Shown here: positions 23,701 to 36,110 of the stretch, piece by piece
Layout of the letters: each line of letters starts with the position of its first letter
How positions within the stretch are numbered: the first letter of the stretch is position 1
Origin: Chiloscyllium plagiosum
Taxonomy: Eukaryota
Length of the DNA stretch: 57,698 nucleotides
Assembly (NCBI RefSeq): GCF_004010195.1
Contig: NC_057758.1
Coordinates: forward strand, 5,842,212 to 5,899,909
Direction of reading: 5' to 3'
The notes under the pieces: model-generated
Told to the model about the DNA's origin: nothing
Seen by the model: the letters and a program-made list of their open reading frames with translations, nothing else
Database searches by the model: none
Position numbers and translations under genes: made by a program

Positions 23701-24830
23701 AAGAAGCCTTATGGATTTCTTTGAGAATGTGATGAGACAAGTTGACATATGGCGAGCAGTGTATGCCTTGTATATGTATTTCAGTAAGAGATTTGATAAG
23801 GTCCCCCACGTTAAGTTGATTCAGAACGTTAGGAGGTATGGGATAAACGGAAGCGTGGCTGTCTGGATACTGAATTGGATGGCCAAAATAATGCATCGAC
23901 TGGTTGTGGATGAAAGGTATTCTGCTTTGAGGTCTGTGGCCAGTGATGACCTGCAGGAATCTTTTCTTGAGCCTCTGCTCTTTGACATTTTTATAGATGA
24001 CTCGGATAAGGAAGTGGAAGGGTGGGTTAGTAAGTTTGCCGATGACACAAAGGTTGGTGGTGCTGTTGATAATGTAGAAGGATGTTGCAGGCGACAACGA
24101 GACATTAACAGGATTTAAAGCTGGTCTGAGAAGTGGCAGATGGAGTTCACCAGAATGACCGTAAAGTGATTCATTTTGGAAGTTCGAATTTTAATGCTGA
24201 ATACAGGGAGAAACACTTAATTTTTGGCAGTGTGGAGGAACAGTGGGATCCTGGGGTCCACGGATACATGTTGCTGTACAAATGGATAGCTCTGTTAAGA
24301 AGGCTTATGGTGTTTTGGCTTTCATTAACAGGGGGATTGAGTTTCCGAGCAGCGAGGCTTTGCTGCAGCTCCACAAAAGCTTGGTTAGACCACACTAAGA
24401 ATATTGCGTTCAGTTCTGGTCACCTCATTATCGGAAGAATGTAGATGTTATCGAGAGGGTGCAGCGGAGATTTGCCAGGGTGCTGCCTGGATTGGAGGGC
24501 TTGTATTATGAAGGGAGGTTGAGTGATCTGGGGCTTTTCACTATTGAGAGAAGAAGGAAGAGTGTTGAATTGATAGAGGTGTGCAATGTAATGAGAGGAA
24601 TACTTAGAGTAGAAAGCCAGAGACTTGTCCTGAGGACAGAAATGGCTATCACGTGGGGTCATATTTCGAAGGTGATTTGAACAAGGCATCGGGTACATGC
24701 CAGATGTTATTTTTTCGGCAGAGAGGGTTTGGCGCATGGAATGGATTGCCAGCGGTGGTAGTAGAGTCAGAGACAATAGGAATATTTTAGGGACTGCTGC
24801 ACAAGCACATTGATGGAAGTAAATTGGGTA
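20720..24830 (+). mobile_element. CR1 LINE mosaic: ORF1 SGNH esterase, APE endonuclease, two RT segments, 3' end; all disrupted
   Basis: EVVLHNGTSDIARKK and LNWRDTNTLG (ORF1); CFNSRSVRSKSDE and VLMGDFNFP (APE); FSKRFDKVPH, SKFADDTKVGG, QRRFARVLPGLEGL (RT and C-terminus). Confidence 0.9.
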
Positions 24831-24858
24831 CGTGTACTTTCGTTTGGTAGTAAATTAA

Positions 24859-24894
24859 GGCGGCACGGTGGCACAGTGGTTAGCTCTGCTGCCT
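24859..24894 (+). mobile_element. 3'-truncated HE1 SINE head
   Basis: ggcggcacggtggcacagtggttagctctgctgcct matches the 5' end of the SINE at 17417; also present at 51584-51619. Confidence 0.8.
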
Positions 24895-24929
24895 ACTCCT
24901 CATTATGTCATTACTACGGAACAGTCCAA

Positions 24930-25590
24930 ACAGAAAAGGCCGATGCATCCAGGAAAACTACACAGAAGCACAATACTTTTTTTTTCCAATTACATCGTTT
25001 CGCTTCTATGTGGTCATATCCCTCTATTCCCCGCTGCTCATATATCTATCAATATACCTCTGGATCTTTACGTTTGTACCTGCCTCTACATCCGTCTATG
25101 GAAAACAAAAAAGCCTCTCAAGTGTCGTTTAAATTTACCACTTTTATCCTTAAACCTGTCGAGCTAGTAAATGACGTTACTTACCTGTGTGTTTAAGAAA
25201 ATCACTGACTATCCATTCCCTTCGTGTAAATAATAACTATGTTGTCTTCTTTCAGTTTGACATTCATCGTTCGACATTCAAGAGAAGCAAACCAAGGATG
25301 CCCAATCTTCCTTCATTATGAATACCTGCAAACCAGACAACATCCTGGTAAGATGTTTCTATACTCTCTCCAAGGCGTCTTCTAAATATCGCCAAACTAA
25401 CATTGTATCCAGTTCTAACATGATTTGCTAATTCTGCACTTGATACCTGGACTGATTAACTAATAATGTCGCATACCCTCTTGACTACCTTATCAATTTG
25501 TGCTACCAAATTCAAAGAACTGTGGACCTTCCCGCCTCGATCCCTCGGCATTTAATAAGGATTCTGCTGTACAGTTTATTTACCAGTCTT
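24930..25590 (-). mobile_element. Highly decayed CR1 LINE 3' part
   Basis: aaccagacaacatcctggtaa and ccttatcaatttgtgctaccaaattcaaagaactgtggac resemble the reverse-strand CR1 at 6540-6740 and 5090-5125. Confidence 0.6.
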
Positions 25591-26039
25591 CGCCCTTTTC
25601 TCCTCATTTTTTAACTTCATTTAATTTTACCCAATCCAGTAAAGTTTAGGTCATTATGCATAGGGTGTTACTTTATACATTTAGGAACACAAATAAAGTT
25701 GCCGAAAAGAATTTCAAGTGACGAACAGGAAAAATGATGCCCAACGTCAAGGCGTACAATGGGGAGGAAAACGTGAGATACCAGAGCTTAGATTTACAAT
25801 GGCATACAAGTTTTCTAAAGCACGAATCCACCTATTAGAGTCATACGACTGAGCTTGGCAGGGCAGGGCGAGCAGAACGGCGGAATCAACCATTCTTCTT
25901 ACTTGTTGCAGGTCGCTCAAATGCGGACTTAGTTGAAGAGTGGGATTTACCGAGGAGCATGAGCAGTGACGAAATCAGAGCTCTCCTAAGTCTGGTTATT
26001 TTCAAAGGAAAGATATCGGATGCAGTTGAACCGAATTAT

Positions 26040-26760
26040 CCTAGTGTCAGATGGGGGTGATAAGGGATCAATCGAGTGCCTCTGACTACTATCGCTGCAG
26101 GAGGCGTGTCCTTTTGCAGATTCTCTCAAGCTGTTTGAACCAGCAGATGCATATGCTGAGGGGCAGATGGGCGGCAGACAGCGTGACAGATAATATCTTC
26201 AAAGAAGTGTTCACATCACAAGTTAAATACGTTACAATATTATTTCATTTGCGGGATTTGGGCGTCCCTGGCTGGCCAGCATTTATTGCCCATCCCTCCG
26301 TGATCTATGGAGGGTGGTGTGGGTTGTCGTTTTGAAACGCTGCAGTCCATAAGCTTTCGGTTCACCAACAATGCTATGAGGCAGCGAATTCCTGGGTGAC
26401 TGTTAGAAGAAGTAGGCAGGGAATATAGGTGTCATCCTCTTCTCAGTCAGGTAAAGCGTTTTGGACACCACCGGGTAGAGATTGCCTCCCAGGGGAAAAT
26501 AGCAGCAATAGCCAGTTTTGGGTAACTACAACTGGTTCTGTAGTAAAGTCGACTGAGAAAGTATAAGCAAGCAATTGTTACAGGTGAATGACGTGGGCAC
26601 AAACAGGCTTGTATGTGGGCTTGAGTGAGACTTCAGGATGATGTGTTGTTTCTTTGGTGCCAGTTTTAAAAATTCCCACATTGATTTTTGCAATTTCTCA
26701 AAAGGGAGCTTCAGCAACCAATGGCCATTGCACACATTGGTCTAAATGACGTAGGTAGAT
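26040..26760 (+). mobile_element. CR1 ORF1 remnants interrupted by other repeat sequence
   Basis: SDYYRCRRRVLLQILS..NIFKEVFT (ORF1 Cys region) and QQPMAIAHIGLNDVGR (esterase GxND block). Confidence 0.6.
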
Positions 26761-27886
26761 CATTACGATTGGGGATGACTGGCTTCCACTCTCCAGTTGA
26801 GTCAATACGTGGCTGCACAGAATTTCACAGTTCTGTTACACTTGAGATCGTCACACCACGTAATGGCTGTGGCATTTGTGTGGCATGGTATTATTAAGAC
26901 TGTTGTGACCTGGCTTCCACTCCCAACAGTAGTCACTACCGAAGTGTTTGATGCTTGTTTGGATGCAATTCTTCCACTTTGTATCGTCTTGGAACGCACG
27001 TTCTTAAGTGTCTATGGGAATACCACACTTCACCAGTGAGGCCTTAAGAGTATAGTTGAAGCGTTTCCTCTGTTCATCTGTGGCACTGCTGTCGTTCTGA
27101 ACCCAAAAATATACACCAACTTGAGGAGTCCAGTGTCGGTCATGTGGATGAGGTGTCCAGACCTATGTAGCTGATCAAGAGTGATCAGTGCCTGGATGCT
27201 GGCGAAAATGGCCTCGACGAGGACACGCGTGTTCTTGTGGCGTTCTTCCCAGCATATTCACTGGATCTTAATCAGACAGCATTGGTAATTCTGCTCCAGC
27301 ACTTCCTAATGTCTGTTTTAAGTAGTCTACATCTCAGAATCATATGAGACACTGGAAACAACCATAGCTCTGCGAATGATGATCTTGCTGCCGGATCTGA
27401 TGTTGGTGTTCAGCAATGATGTAATCTTGACTGGCACTGTTTCAAGCAAGAAATTGGTCGGTATTGGAGCTATTTGACGTTGCAAACACTTTCATTTCAT
27501 CGGGAACAGGCGAGGGATGGTGGCAATCTTCCTGGTGGAACCAACGTGGTGAATGATCTTGCTTCCCGTTTGACATTATTGAAGGCCTTTGTAAAATTAA
27601 GTAGATTATTTTCTCTGCAGAAATTATTGTAGCTGGCTGATGATGCTATTCATGTCCGTATCCATGTCACGTCGAAAACCAGTGCCATTAGCTGCAGTTT
27701 CAGATGATGCGTGCAGTCCAGGGGACGCCTTAATGAAGTTGACCACGACCAATAGCTCAGGAGTTGCCCGTCATGAAAGAGATCCAGCACCACCCATGCA
27801 TGAATGCAGACTTCAATTGCCTGAGGAAACGGCTGATTGAGGACACCAACATCAGATCCGGCAGCAAGATCATTATTTGCAGAGCT
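26760..27886 (-). mobile_element. RTE-clade LINE, 3' part on minus (to 27411) with upstream part inverted (plus, to 27886)
   Basis: Plus: LQFSDDAC and KEIQHH..FNCLRKRLIEDTNIRSGSKIIICRA. Minus continues NIRSGSKIIIRRAMVVSSVSYDSE..DQLHRSGHLIHMTD. A 46-bp inverted duplication sits at 27366-27411 and 27841-27886. Confidence 0.75.
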
Positions 27887-28545
27887 CTGGCCACATTTCA
27901 GAGACTAACTAATAAGGTCACTGCCGGATTACCCAAATGTGTTGAGTACATTGATGACGTCGTAATTTTTAGTCACTCATGGAACGAATTCTTGTTCTCA
28001 GTCATTGTGCCGAATTTTATTACTGTAGCTGCTCCACTCGCTAAATTACTAAAGAAAGGCAAGAAGTTTCAGTGAACAGCGGATTGTCAGAACGCCTTTG
28101 ACAGCCTGAAAGCTGCGTTAACAGCTGCCATGGTATTAGCCACATCTGATGAAACAAATCGATGACAGTGATGTGAGTATGAGTGCTATGCTGCCGCAGG
28201 AAGATGATGAAAAGTTAGAAGGATCTACTGCGTATTTTACCACAAAGATGTAATGCTCATCAGCAAAATATTCGATGGTTGACCAAGAGACTTTAAGCTT
28301 GCTAATGGCATGACAACAGTGTTTATAGTAACAGCAATGCAACTGAGACAATAGTACACACTGATCAAAACACATTGAAATTTGTGGAGATATTTAAGGA
28401 CAAAAATTACAGAGTGTTTAGATGGAGTTTGTTATTTCATCCAATCAATTTCAAGATTATGCATGCGGCAGGTCGAGAAAACGTGACCGCTGAACCATTG
28501 TCAAGACTCGAGTGAGAATCAGAGACGTTCAGTGGTGGGAGTATC
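27887..28545 (+). mobile_element. Gypsy RT/RNase H fragment (Gmr1-type pol 3' end)
   Basis: ATFQRLTNKVTAGLPKCVEYIDDVVIFSHSW, VPNFITVAAPLAKLLKKG, KIMHAAGRENVTAEPLSRLE* (pol ends after RNase H). Confidence 0.88.
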
Positions 28546-29324
28546 ACAGACTGAATCTGAATGTATTTGTGCATATTTGCGTTTGAATAGTCAGTGTAAT
28601 GTATATGTGTATATTAGAGCATTAACCAATTTTGAAGGGGTTTTAAACGTGAAGCCAGTTTAGGATATGTCTGTTGTTCCTGACTTATGTGAGTAAACCT
28701 TACCTTCGTACATGAATGGTTTTCGAAGATCTGGCACTTCCTCCTGACATAATGTAGACGACATTATTGCAGTGAAAACTTTTTAACTTCAATCTCCACG
28801 ACATGGGTTTCCATCCCACTTGGTCGTAAGCTATTTTGAGTATCTTAACCGAAATCTATTGTTCCCTTACCACGTGAGGATTTCTCTTTTCCCAATTTCC
28901 TATCCCTCACAGACTGATTTTTTGTTGGAAGCCAAAATTTGATGTTTGATCCAGCTCAGAATCATCTGCCATTTCACCTGCTAATCTTCGTTTTTTAACT
29001 CTCTGCTATTCTGCATGAGTTGCCATTACGTCAGGAAGTGAATTTTCGAATTCTTCCACAATAATTATCTAAGAGCGTCATATGTTTGCTCTATTTTATT
29101 GCCCGTGCCCAATTTGCAACATTGTTTTGCTTCACCTTTGGAAATTATGTCGCTCCCGCAGCATGACCCGCCCCCCCCCCGCCCCCCGACAGTGCCGTGC
29201 TCCCTTATCACTCACTCTCTGACAGTGCAGCTCTCCATCAAAACTGATATTCCAACAATGCAGTTACCCCACAGCACTGCCACTCCCCCAACCCCCAAGC
29301 TTTCTCAGCAGTTGCCCTCCAAAT

Positions 29325-29925
29325 GAGAAACACTCGACCCATTATACACTTGGTGAGATCCTTTCCAGAAAGCTATGTGTGGTTGTTTCTTCCAGATCTG
29401 GAGAAAGATGTTATGGCAATGTTACCAGTACCACGAAGTGTTACCAGAATGATTCATTGTATCGCAGAACTGATAAGTGAAGAGACATTTGACTGGTTAG
29501 GACTCGGTTCACCGGCTTTCATAGGAATGATCGATCCGAATCTTATGAAATTTTATTGGAACACAGAAGAGGACAGGAAGTGTGTTACGAATGATGAACA
29601 GTCCAAAATCAGGAGGTAAATGTCTTGAGGATATTTGGCGAAGTATTTGGCACTGAGATAATGAGAAATATTTTGACTAAAAATGTGGTCAGTCTGTGGA
29701 ATTCTCTGTCAGACAAAACATTAGAAGCCGATATGTTAAACGTTTTTTAAATTTAAATAAATGATTTAGGTCATCTATTTTAGGAGATTGAGATCAAAGG
29801 GCTTAGGTGAGATAGTAGGAAAAAGAGATTGAGATGGAATGACAGCCATGGTCTAGTTGAATCTTGCAACTTCTGGAAGGTTTGAGTAGCCTCCTTCTGC
29901 CTACAATTTCAATGTTTTTACATTT
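29325..29925 (+). mobile_element. Decayed CR1 LINE 3' part
   Basis: HLVRSFPESYVWLFLPDLEKDVMAM..VTRMI; gtggtcagtctgtggaattctctg. Confidence 0.75.
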
Positions 29926-30039
29926 GTGGACAATGACAACAAAGGTGGGAGATGATTGTCTTTAACGGAACGTGACTACATTCTTTGAACTGAGAGACAG
30001 TGTAGAGACTTCAAAGGATTTCCACTGACCAGCAATGAC

Positions 30040-30047
30040 TGACGTCA
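30040..30047. promoter_or_regulatory. Palindromic CRE/ATF site TGACGTCA (function unproven)
   Basis: Exact match, retained with its CpG in the paralog at 56775-56782. Confidence 0.35.
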
Positions 30048-30881
30048 CGCTGAACGTCCATGAAATGTGTTCAATCTCAACACATCTCTCCAGTGCAATT
30101 CTCCTCATCTTCAGACAACGTTTTCCAATTGCACGTGGATCTGAAAGCTCCTTCTGGATATTATCCGACAATCAATGACTTGTATCTGCACGGGATTGTT
30201 AGCTTGGCCAATGACATTTTGCATCTGTTTGTTAGGGAAGGTGAGTGGCGAAGTGAGACATGGGAACTGATCTAAAGTGGTTATAATTTTTCTTTGCTTT
30301 ATTCTGATCTGCCCCCACGCGATGTATTCCTGAGATTGTGTCTCTGCCAGCGTAAATGTATATTGCGCAATGACTGTACTGACCCGATACATGCGCGAGT
30401 TTCAAGTATTAGATTTAGGATACTGTGACAAAGATTGCCATTTGGCAGTGTCTTCAGTGGTTTGCTGATCTCATTCGGTATGAAGAAAATTGACCATATA
30501 TGTACCATTTCTTATATAAGCAACTCAGAAGTCTCCGATGGATCTTCCTCTGGACACTAACTACTGAACACTGTGCATGCAGCTTTATCCAGGGCTCCAG
30601 CGCTGATGTACCAATCAGGGATATTGTCTGTGACCTGCATGTTTGGCGAAATGTCGCAACTGTTCATGGTTAATCTGATAGCATAAAAAATCTCTTCAAT
30701 GTGGATGGACTGCAAATACTTAATGGATGGCAACGATTGTGTGATCACTTGATCACCTCCCTGGATGATCGCACTTCCGTGCAGCTTCAGCAGCAAGATC
30801 CCACATCTTCATGAATCCCGAGTGCATTGTTATAAATGTTGGGTCAAAAGTGTTTTTATTGTTGTTTAGAAATGACAGGGT

Positions 30882-30894
30882 GGAAACTGAAACT
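30882..30894. promoter_or_regulatory. Consensus ISRE/IRF site GGAAACTGAAACT
   Basis: Exact match to GAAANNGAAACT (reverse AGTTTCAGTTTCC) in non-repeat sequence; identical at 57618-57630. Confidence 0.45.
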
Positions 30895-33523
30895 GCTCCC
30901 TCTGAGGTAAAGGTCAATAGCGGCCTCTGTGGGCTATCTTATTATGTCACCAATGCCTTCTCTATTTCTCTCAATAAGGACATAATTCCCAAACGTCTTG
31001 TCATGTCAGAGGGAGGTCTGAGTCACCTACTAAACTGGCAGCATTCCGCGGCTCACGGCAGATAGCGAGGCCCAATTGATATGTCAAAGATTATTTTGGG
31101 AATCGATCAGGATCTCTGAACAACTATTTCCAATAAAAAACGTTTTTTTTTTATTTCTATGAGCTTAACTTCATTTGTGCGAATCATAAACGGGTACATG
31201 TAAATTTGTGGGTGTATTAGGTGGGCCACATGCTACAAAAATTAATATCCCGTTCTTGCTATTACTCGGATCCTGGGTAAGTTTTTCAATCAGTGAAAAA
31301 ACCGTGCTTCACTGCAAGAAAACTCTTGTCATTTACAGTCGCATCTGACTGGGGTTAGTGTGCTTTTGGGAAGCATTTGAGTACAACTATTAAATGTCTG
31401 TGCTGTGGCCAGCACGCAGCCTGTTTACTATACCATGATCCTGCTCACTGGTTGTTTGCCTGGTCAAGACTATGTGTAATCTCATCATTCCCACTGATAC
31501 TTGACTGAGTCCCGAGCCAAGACCATGACTGAACCACTAAGTTACCTCCATGATAGTGTCCATCTCCTGATCACCTTTAACCTACTGCAGTGTAAAACAC
31601 ATTGGGGGACTTTGGAAAATGTTGTGCCTTTCTGTCTTGACCACACTTAAGGTACCAGTTTTCATCAACTGAAGATCATCAAAAACTGATCAGTCACTCT
31701 CGAATTCACACAATGCGCTGTCGTATCATCATGATGTGCTACTGATGGATATGCAGTCCTTGTCGAATATAGGATCATACCGTTATGCTCAGATCAACCC
31801 ATGATGGCACACTCTCATTGAAATCACGAATCTGCACTTTGCGCAAAGTATTGTTAATTCCTTTGCAAGTGTTAATTTCCTCCGATCTCTCTCTCCCTTT
31901 TTCTCTCTCTCTGTCAGTCTTTCTGGATTGCATTGCGTCAAATTCCCTTAAATATTTGTCACACTTACATTCCTTTCTTTCTGGATTTTCTTATTTTTGA
32001 TGAAATGTTTGCTTGAAGATACTGACTCTGTTCACAAATTGAATACTCTCATAATTTACTTCTTCAACTACGCATCGTTTCTGGATACGAAATTTCGTGA
32101 CACGCAGCAATTTGTTGTTAATACAGACTTATTATCAAGCCTGTAATACTCACACTGAAATTTGGATGTTTAAAAATTTGAAAGGTCTCCCACCACAAAG
32201 TCCAATCCCTCACATCCTTCTGCATCTTTCTACCTGTACATTACCTCTGGCTAATCCATGCTGTTTTCTTCCTCACTATACCTTTCAGCAAGACAAATTG
32301 CTGGCAACTACGTCTCGTTTTCAACCTGCCTAATAAATCTTCTGTAACAATGTTCATTTTCACCTCTTTTATCGCCAAACTCCTGTCGAAATCCCCAATT
32401 GAAACGTTGTTGGATATTTCTGTTATTTAATGCAATAGCACACTGACCCACCCACAAACATTCACATCATACTATCCTGATCCATGCTTCAACTTCAGTA
32501 TCTTAGGTACAGCAAACATCACAAGGTACTTTCTGAACTGAATGCAAACTTTCCTGATCTGCACACGCCTGCATTTAAAAGAACAGACATTCAAAGTTTT
32601 CATCTCAGTCAAATCATTTCCGACCCCTTGCTCCTTTTTCATTGCCTCACTCCCTTCCTCAGATTCCACTTTCTCGATAGTTATTTGAAAACTTCATTGG
32701 GTTACTGAGCGAGAAATCCAGCCTTGCCATTCCCGAGCGTGCCACAAACGTTGATGAATTTTTAAAATATACCCAGAATATCGTACTATTTAGATCCAAG
32801 GTGACAGACAAAACGGAGGAGGTTCATGTTCCTGAGAAATGTACTTAATGGTAAATAGAGTCTAATTACAGGAAAACAATAATAAATCATTGGTTTAAAA
32901 CATACAAATTAAAAGAAGAATTCTCATGTCAGCCGGACTGCTACACAGTCTCATACAGATGAAACAAGCGTGGCTGTTGTGAACTATGAAAAACTTGGGA
33001 AAACAATTCAGTATATTCGGATTATAGGATCAGACAAGTTGCTTATCGAGCTTCCTTTTTGGGATAATGTTTGTTTATTGGTTTACAAGTAGCACAGGAT
33101 GTCTGGTACCCCATTACTGACAGTCTCTGTTTTGGTCATTGGACCTCACAACTCAGAGCATCAGCTACTAAGAAGATAAATTGCTTTAATTTGTGAAGGT
33201 GGGATGTAATGCAGGGAAGGGTTAAGCTCCTTCAGCTTCCGAGGTCTGAGCATTTCGGTGGAGCTTATTCAGTTGGCCAAACTGTCCCAGCTATGTTACA
33301 ACTAATCATATAGTTACTGGAAACAGTAGGCGGTTGTGATTGTCAACTGTTACACACAATATCCGGTTATTATTACAAACTAAATCTTTACTCATAAACA
33401 GCTTTCTAGCTCCAGTTCATCTGCAAACTCCACTTCTACTAGTGCGAAACAACAACTGTTAAGAGAATGTTTCCAGTGAGCACCAGGTTAATTACTTTCA
33501 AAGCATCAAATAATCCATTAGCA

Positions 33524-34023
33524 NNNNNNNNNNNNNNNNNNNNNNNNNNNNNNNNNNNNNNNNNNNNNNNNNNNNNNNNNNNNNNNNNNNNNNNNNNNNN
33601 NNNNNNNNNNNNNNNNNNNNNNNNNNNNNNNNNNNNNNNNNNNNNNNNNNNNNNNNNNNNNNNNNNNNNNNNNNNNNNNNNNNNNNNNNNNNNNNNNNNN
33701 NNNNNNNNNNNNNNNNNNNNNNNNNNNNNNNNNNNNNNNNNNNNNNNNNNNNNNNNNNNNNNNNNNNNNNNNNNNNNNNNNNNNNNNNNNNNNNNNNNNN
33801 NNNNNNNNNNNNNNNNNNNNNNNNNNNNNNNNNNNNNNNNNNNNNNNNNNNNNNNNNNNNNNNNNNNNNNNNNNNNNNNNNNNNNNNNNNNNNNNNNNNN
33901 NNNNNNNNNNNNNNNNNNNNNNNNNNNNNNNNNNNNNNNNNNNNNNNNNNNNNNNNNNNNNNNNNNNNNNNNNNNNNNNNNNNNNNNNNNNNNNNNNNNN
34001 NNNNNNNNNNNNNNNNNNNNNNN
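33524..34023. other. Assembly gap (500 n, probably nominal size)
   Basis: Run of n. Confidence 1.
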
Positions 34024-34490
34024 ACAGCATCGCTTCTTCCTGAGGCAGCTGAGGAAATTTGACGTGACAGCTAAAGCCTTGCCGATTCTGACAGGTATGC
34101 TATCGAGAGCATTTAGTCTGGATAGCTCACAACCTGGAATGCCAATTGTGTAATTCAAGATTGCTGACGGTTACAGAGAGTGGTGAACTCGGCCTGGACC
34201 TTCACAAAGACCAACCAATGATCTACAGGATCCATCCACCAGGCCCGCTGTCAAGGAAATTCTCAAAGATCCATCCCACCCTGGCAACCTCCACAACCGG
34301 GGCGAATGGACAGAAGCCTGAACACACGCACAAGCCAATTTCGTAACAGTTTCTACCCTACTGTTGTTAGAATAATGAATTGACTCACAAACTCGTTACA
34401 TTTGCCTCTGACTGTGTTTTTGTTTTTGCTGCCGTTTACCTACCATTTACTATGCATGCTACTTGACTCTGTAATCTGCTTGTATTGTTT
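34024..34490 (+). mobile_element. Rex1/Babar-like LINE 3' fragment
   Basis: QHRFFLRQLRKFDVTAKAL, followed by decayed IES..SGx-LTTWNANC and ..RNSFYPTVVRIMN. Confidence 0.65.
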
Positions 34491-35599
34491 ACTAATCGGT
34501 GACAGAAACAATCATGGGAGTGCAGCTTTAGGCTACCGAATAACATTTTCTTGCTCATCACTGCATTAAAGAGTAAATCATTCGACATTGTAACAAAGGC
34601 ACTGTAATAATTTTTGAAACATAGATTTCATATCATCTTGGTCAATCACACTGGCAAGAGTGATATTCAAAATGGTGTTTGGAACATAGCTTTTGTCAGT
34701 GTTTCCTTGAACAACACATTGTGCAAGTGGCTGGGACGTAACTGGCTCAGATCGATTGTTGTGCGATGAAGCTGATTCAATGAGATATACGTCACATGAA
34801 GAGATCCTCTGTGAAATTCGATAAAGTGGACTTCAAAATGATTATGAAGTTTAAAAGTGACCACACAAAGGAGAAAGAACAATTAGAAACAGAAACAAAG
34901 CCAATGACATGAGTGTGAGTGGACAACTAACTGAGTTAAGCAGAATAAATTGTCTGGAATGCATGGCTGCGAGTGAACAGTTAAAACATTTCAAGGCACG
35001 GTGTAAAATATTCAAGAGGAACATTCCACTGAAACAAACAGAATTTCAGCAAGAAATTCCCACCTGCACCTCACTCAGGATGTCAGATATCATAGTTGAT
35101 AAAGAGGTGCTCAGAAGAATATATATAAAAAAACCTATTAATGCTGAAGGAATCTATTGTTTTACAAAACGACAAAGGGCCACCAAAATTTGGAAATAAG
35201 TGTTAAAGGGATTGGAAGGGGTGTCAATGTAAGAGGCGAGCTGTAGGAAGAGGAAATATTGTCGGGGTTTAATACGCTGTCAAGAACACAGGGATTTGCG
35301 GGCACTGGACATGGTGACAGTTTTACGAGGAATGGTAAAGGCCTGAATAATGTAAAGGCAGTATGAACTGTTGCAGCGGGAGGTGTTTGCAGGGTTTGGA
35401 AGGGAAGTATATATTATATTGGTTCATTCATGGGATGTGGGTGTCACTGGTTGGACAGCATTCATTGTCCAATGCGAAATGCCCAGAGCACACTGCAGAG
35501 TCAGCGATATTGCTGTGGGTTGGGAAGGACATGTCAGACAGCCCAGTGAAGAACGTTAGCTATCATTTCCTGAAGGACACAAGTGAACCAGATGATGAT

Positions 35600-36110
35600 C
35601 AGCATCGCATTTCTGGACTTCTCAACAATAGCTTCTCCAGCCACAATATGACTCCTACTCTCAGTGCACCAACCAATAAAAGCAAGTGCCTCAGATGCTT
35701 TCTTCACCATCCGGTCTATCTGTGATGTTACTTTCAAAAACTGCGTACCTTCAACTTAGGTCTCTGTTTGACATCATTATCCAGACACTTCCGCTAACAG
35801 TATAAGTCCAACATCTTGCATTTCTCTAAGTTCAGCTCCATCTTCTATTCATTGGCCTAGCAATGCTATTGATCCCATTGTATTCTTACGTAACCTTCTT
35901 CACTTTCCGCTGTATCATAACTTTACTGTCACGTACAAACTGACGAGCCATTACTCTTATATTCTCATCCACATTTGTTAATATGAATGACACACAACAG
36001 TGACCCCAGCACAGAACCGCATGACACTGTTAGTTTCCGTCCTCCAGTCTCAGTAGCAACCCTGTATAAACACCCATACCTCCTTCCATCTAGCCAATTA
36101 TTGAGTCATA
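35600..36110 (-). mobile_element. Decayed CR1 RT fragment
   Basis: KVTSQIDRMVKKASEALAFIGWCTESRS. Confidence 0.75.

Larger units (their letters stand above)
10597..30962 (+). repeat. Segmental duplication, copy 1 (portion matched within the window)
   Basis: Colinear match to 40228-57698, starting at atacaRttcatttcagtttgcttcttccacctcg and continuing to the window end (tgtcaccaatgccttctc). Confidence 0.97.

Noticed and set aside
20720..24830. Intact, active CR1 element
   Set aside because: Many stops, frameshifts and internal deletions, and two overlapping RT segments, in both copies.
28698..28760. 40-nt minus-strand exon with AAG|gtaagg donor
   Set aside because: Poor polypyrimidine tract at the acceptor and no other support.
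30557..30796. 79-aa minus-strand ORF next to the ISRE
   Set aside because: Non-ATG start, frameshifted in the paralog (extra A near 57420), no recognisable motif.
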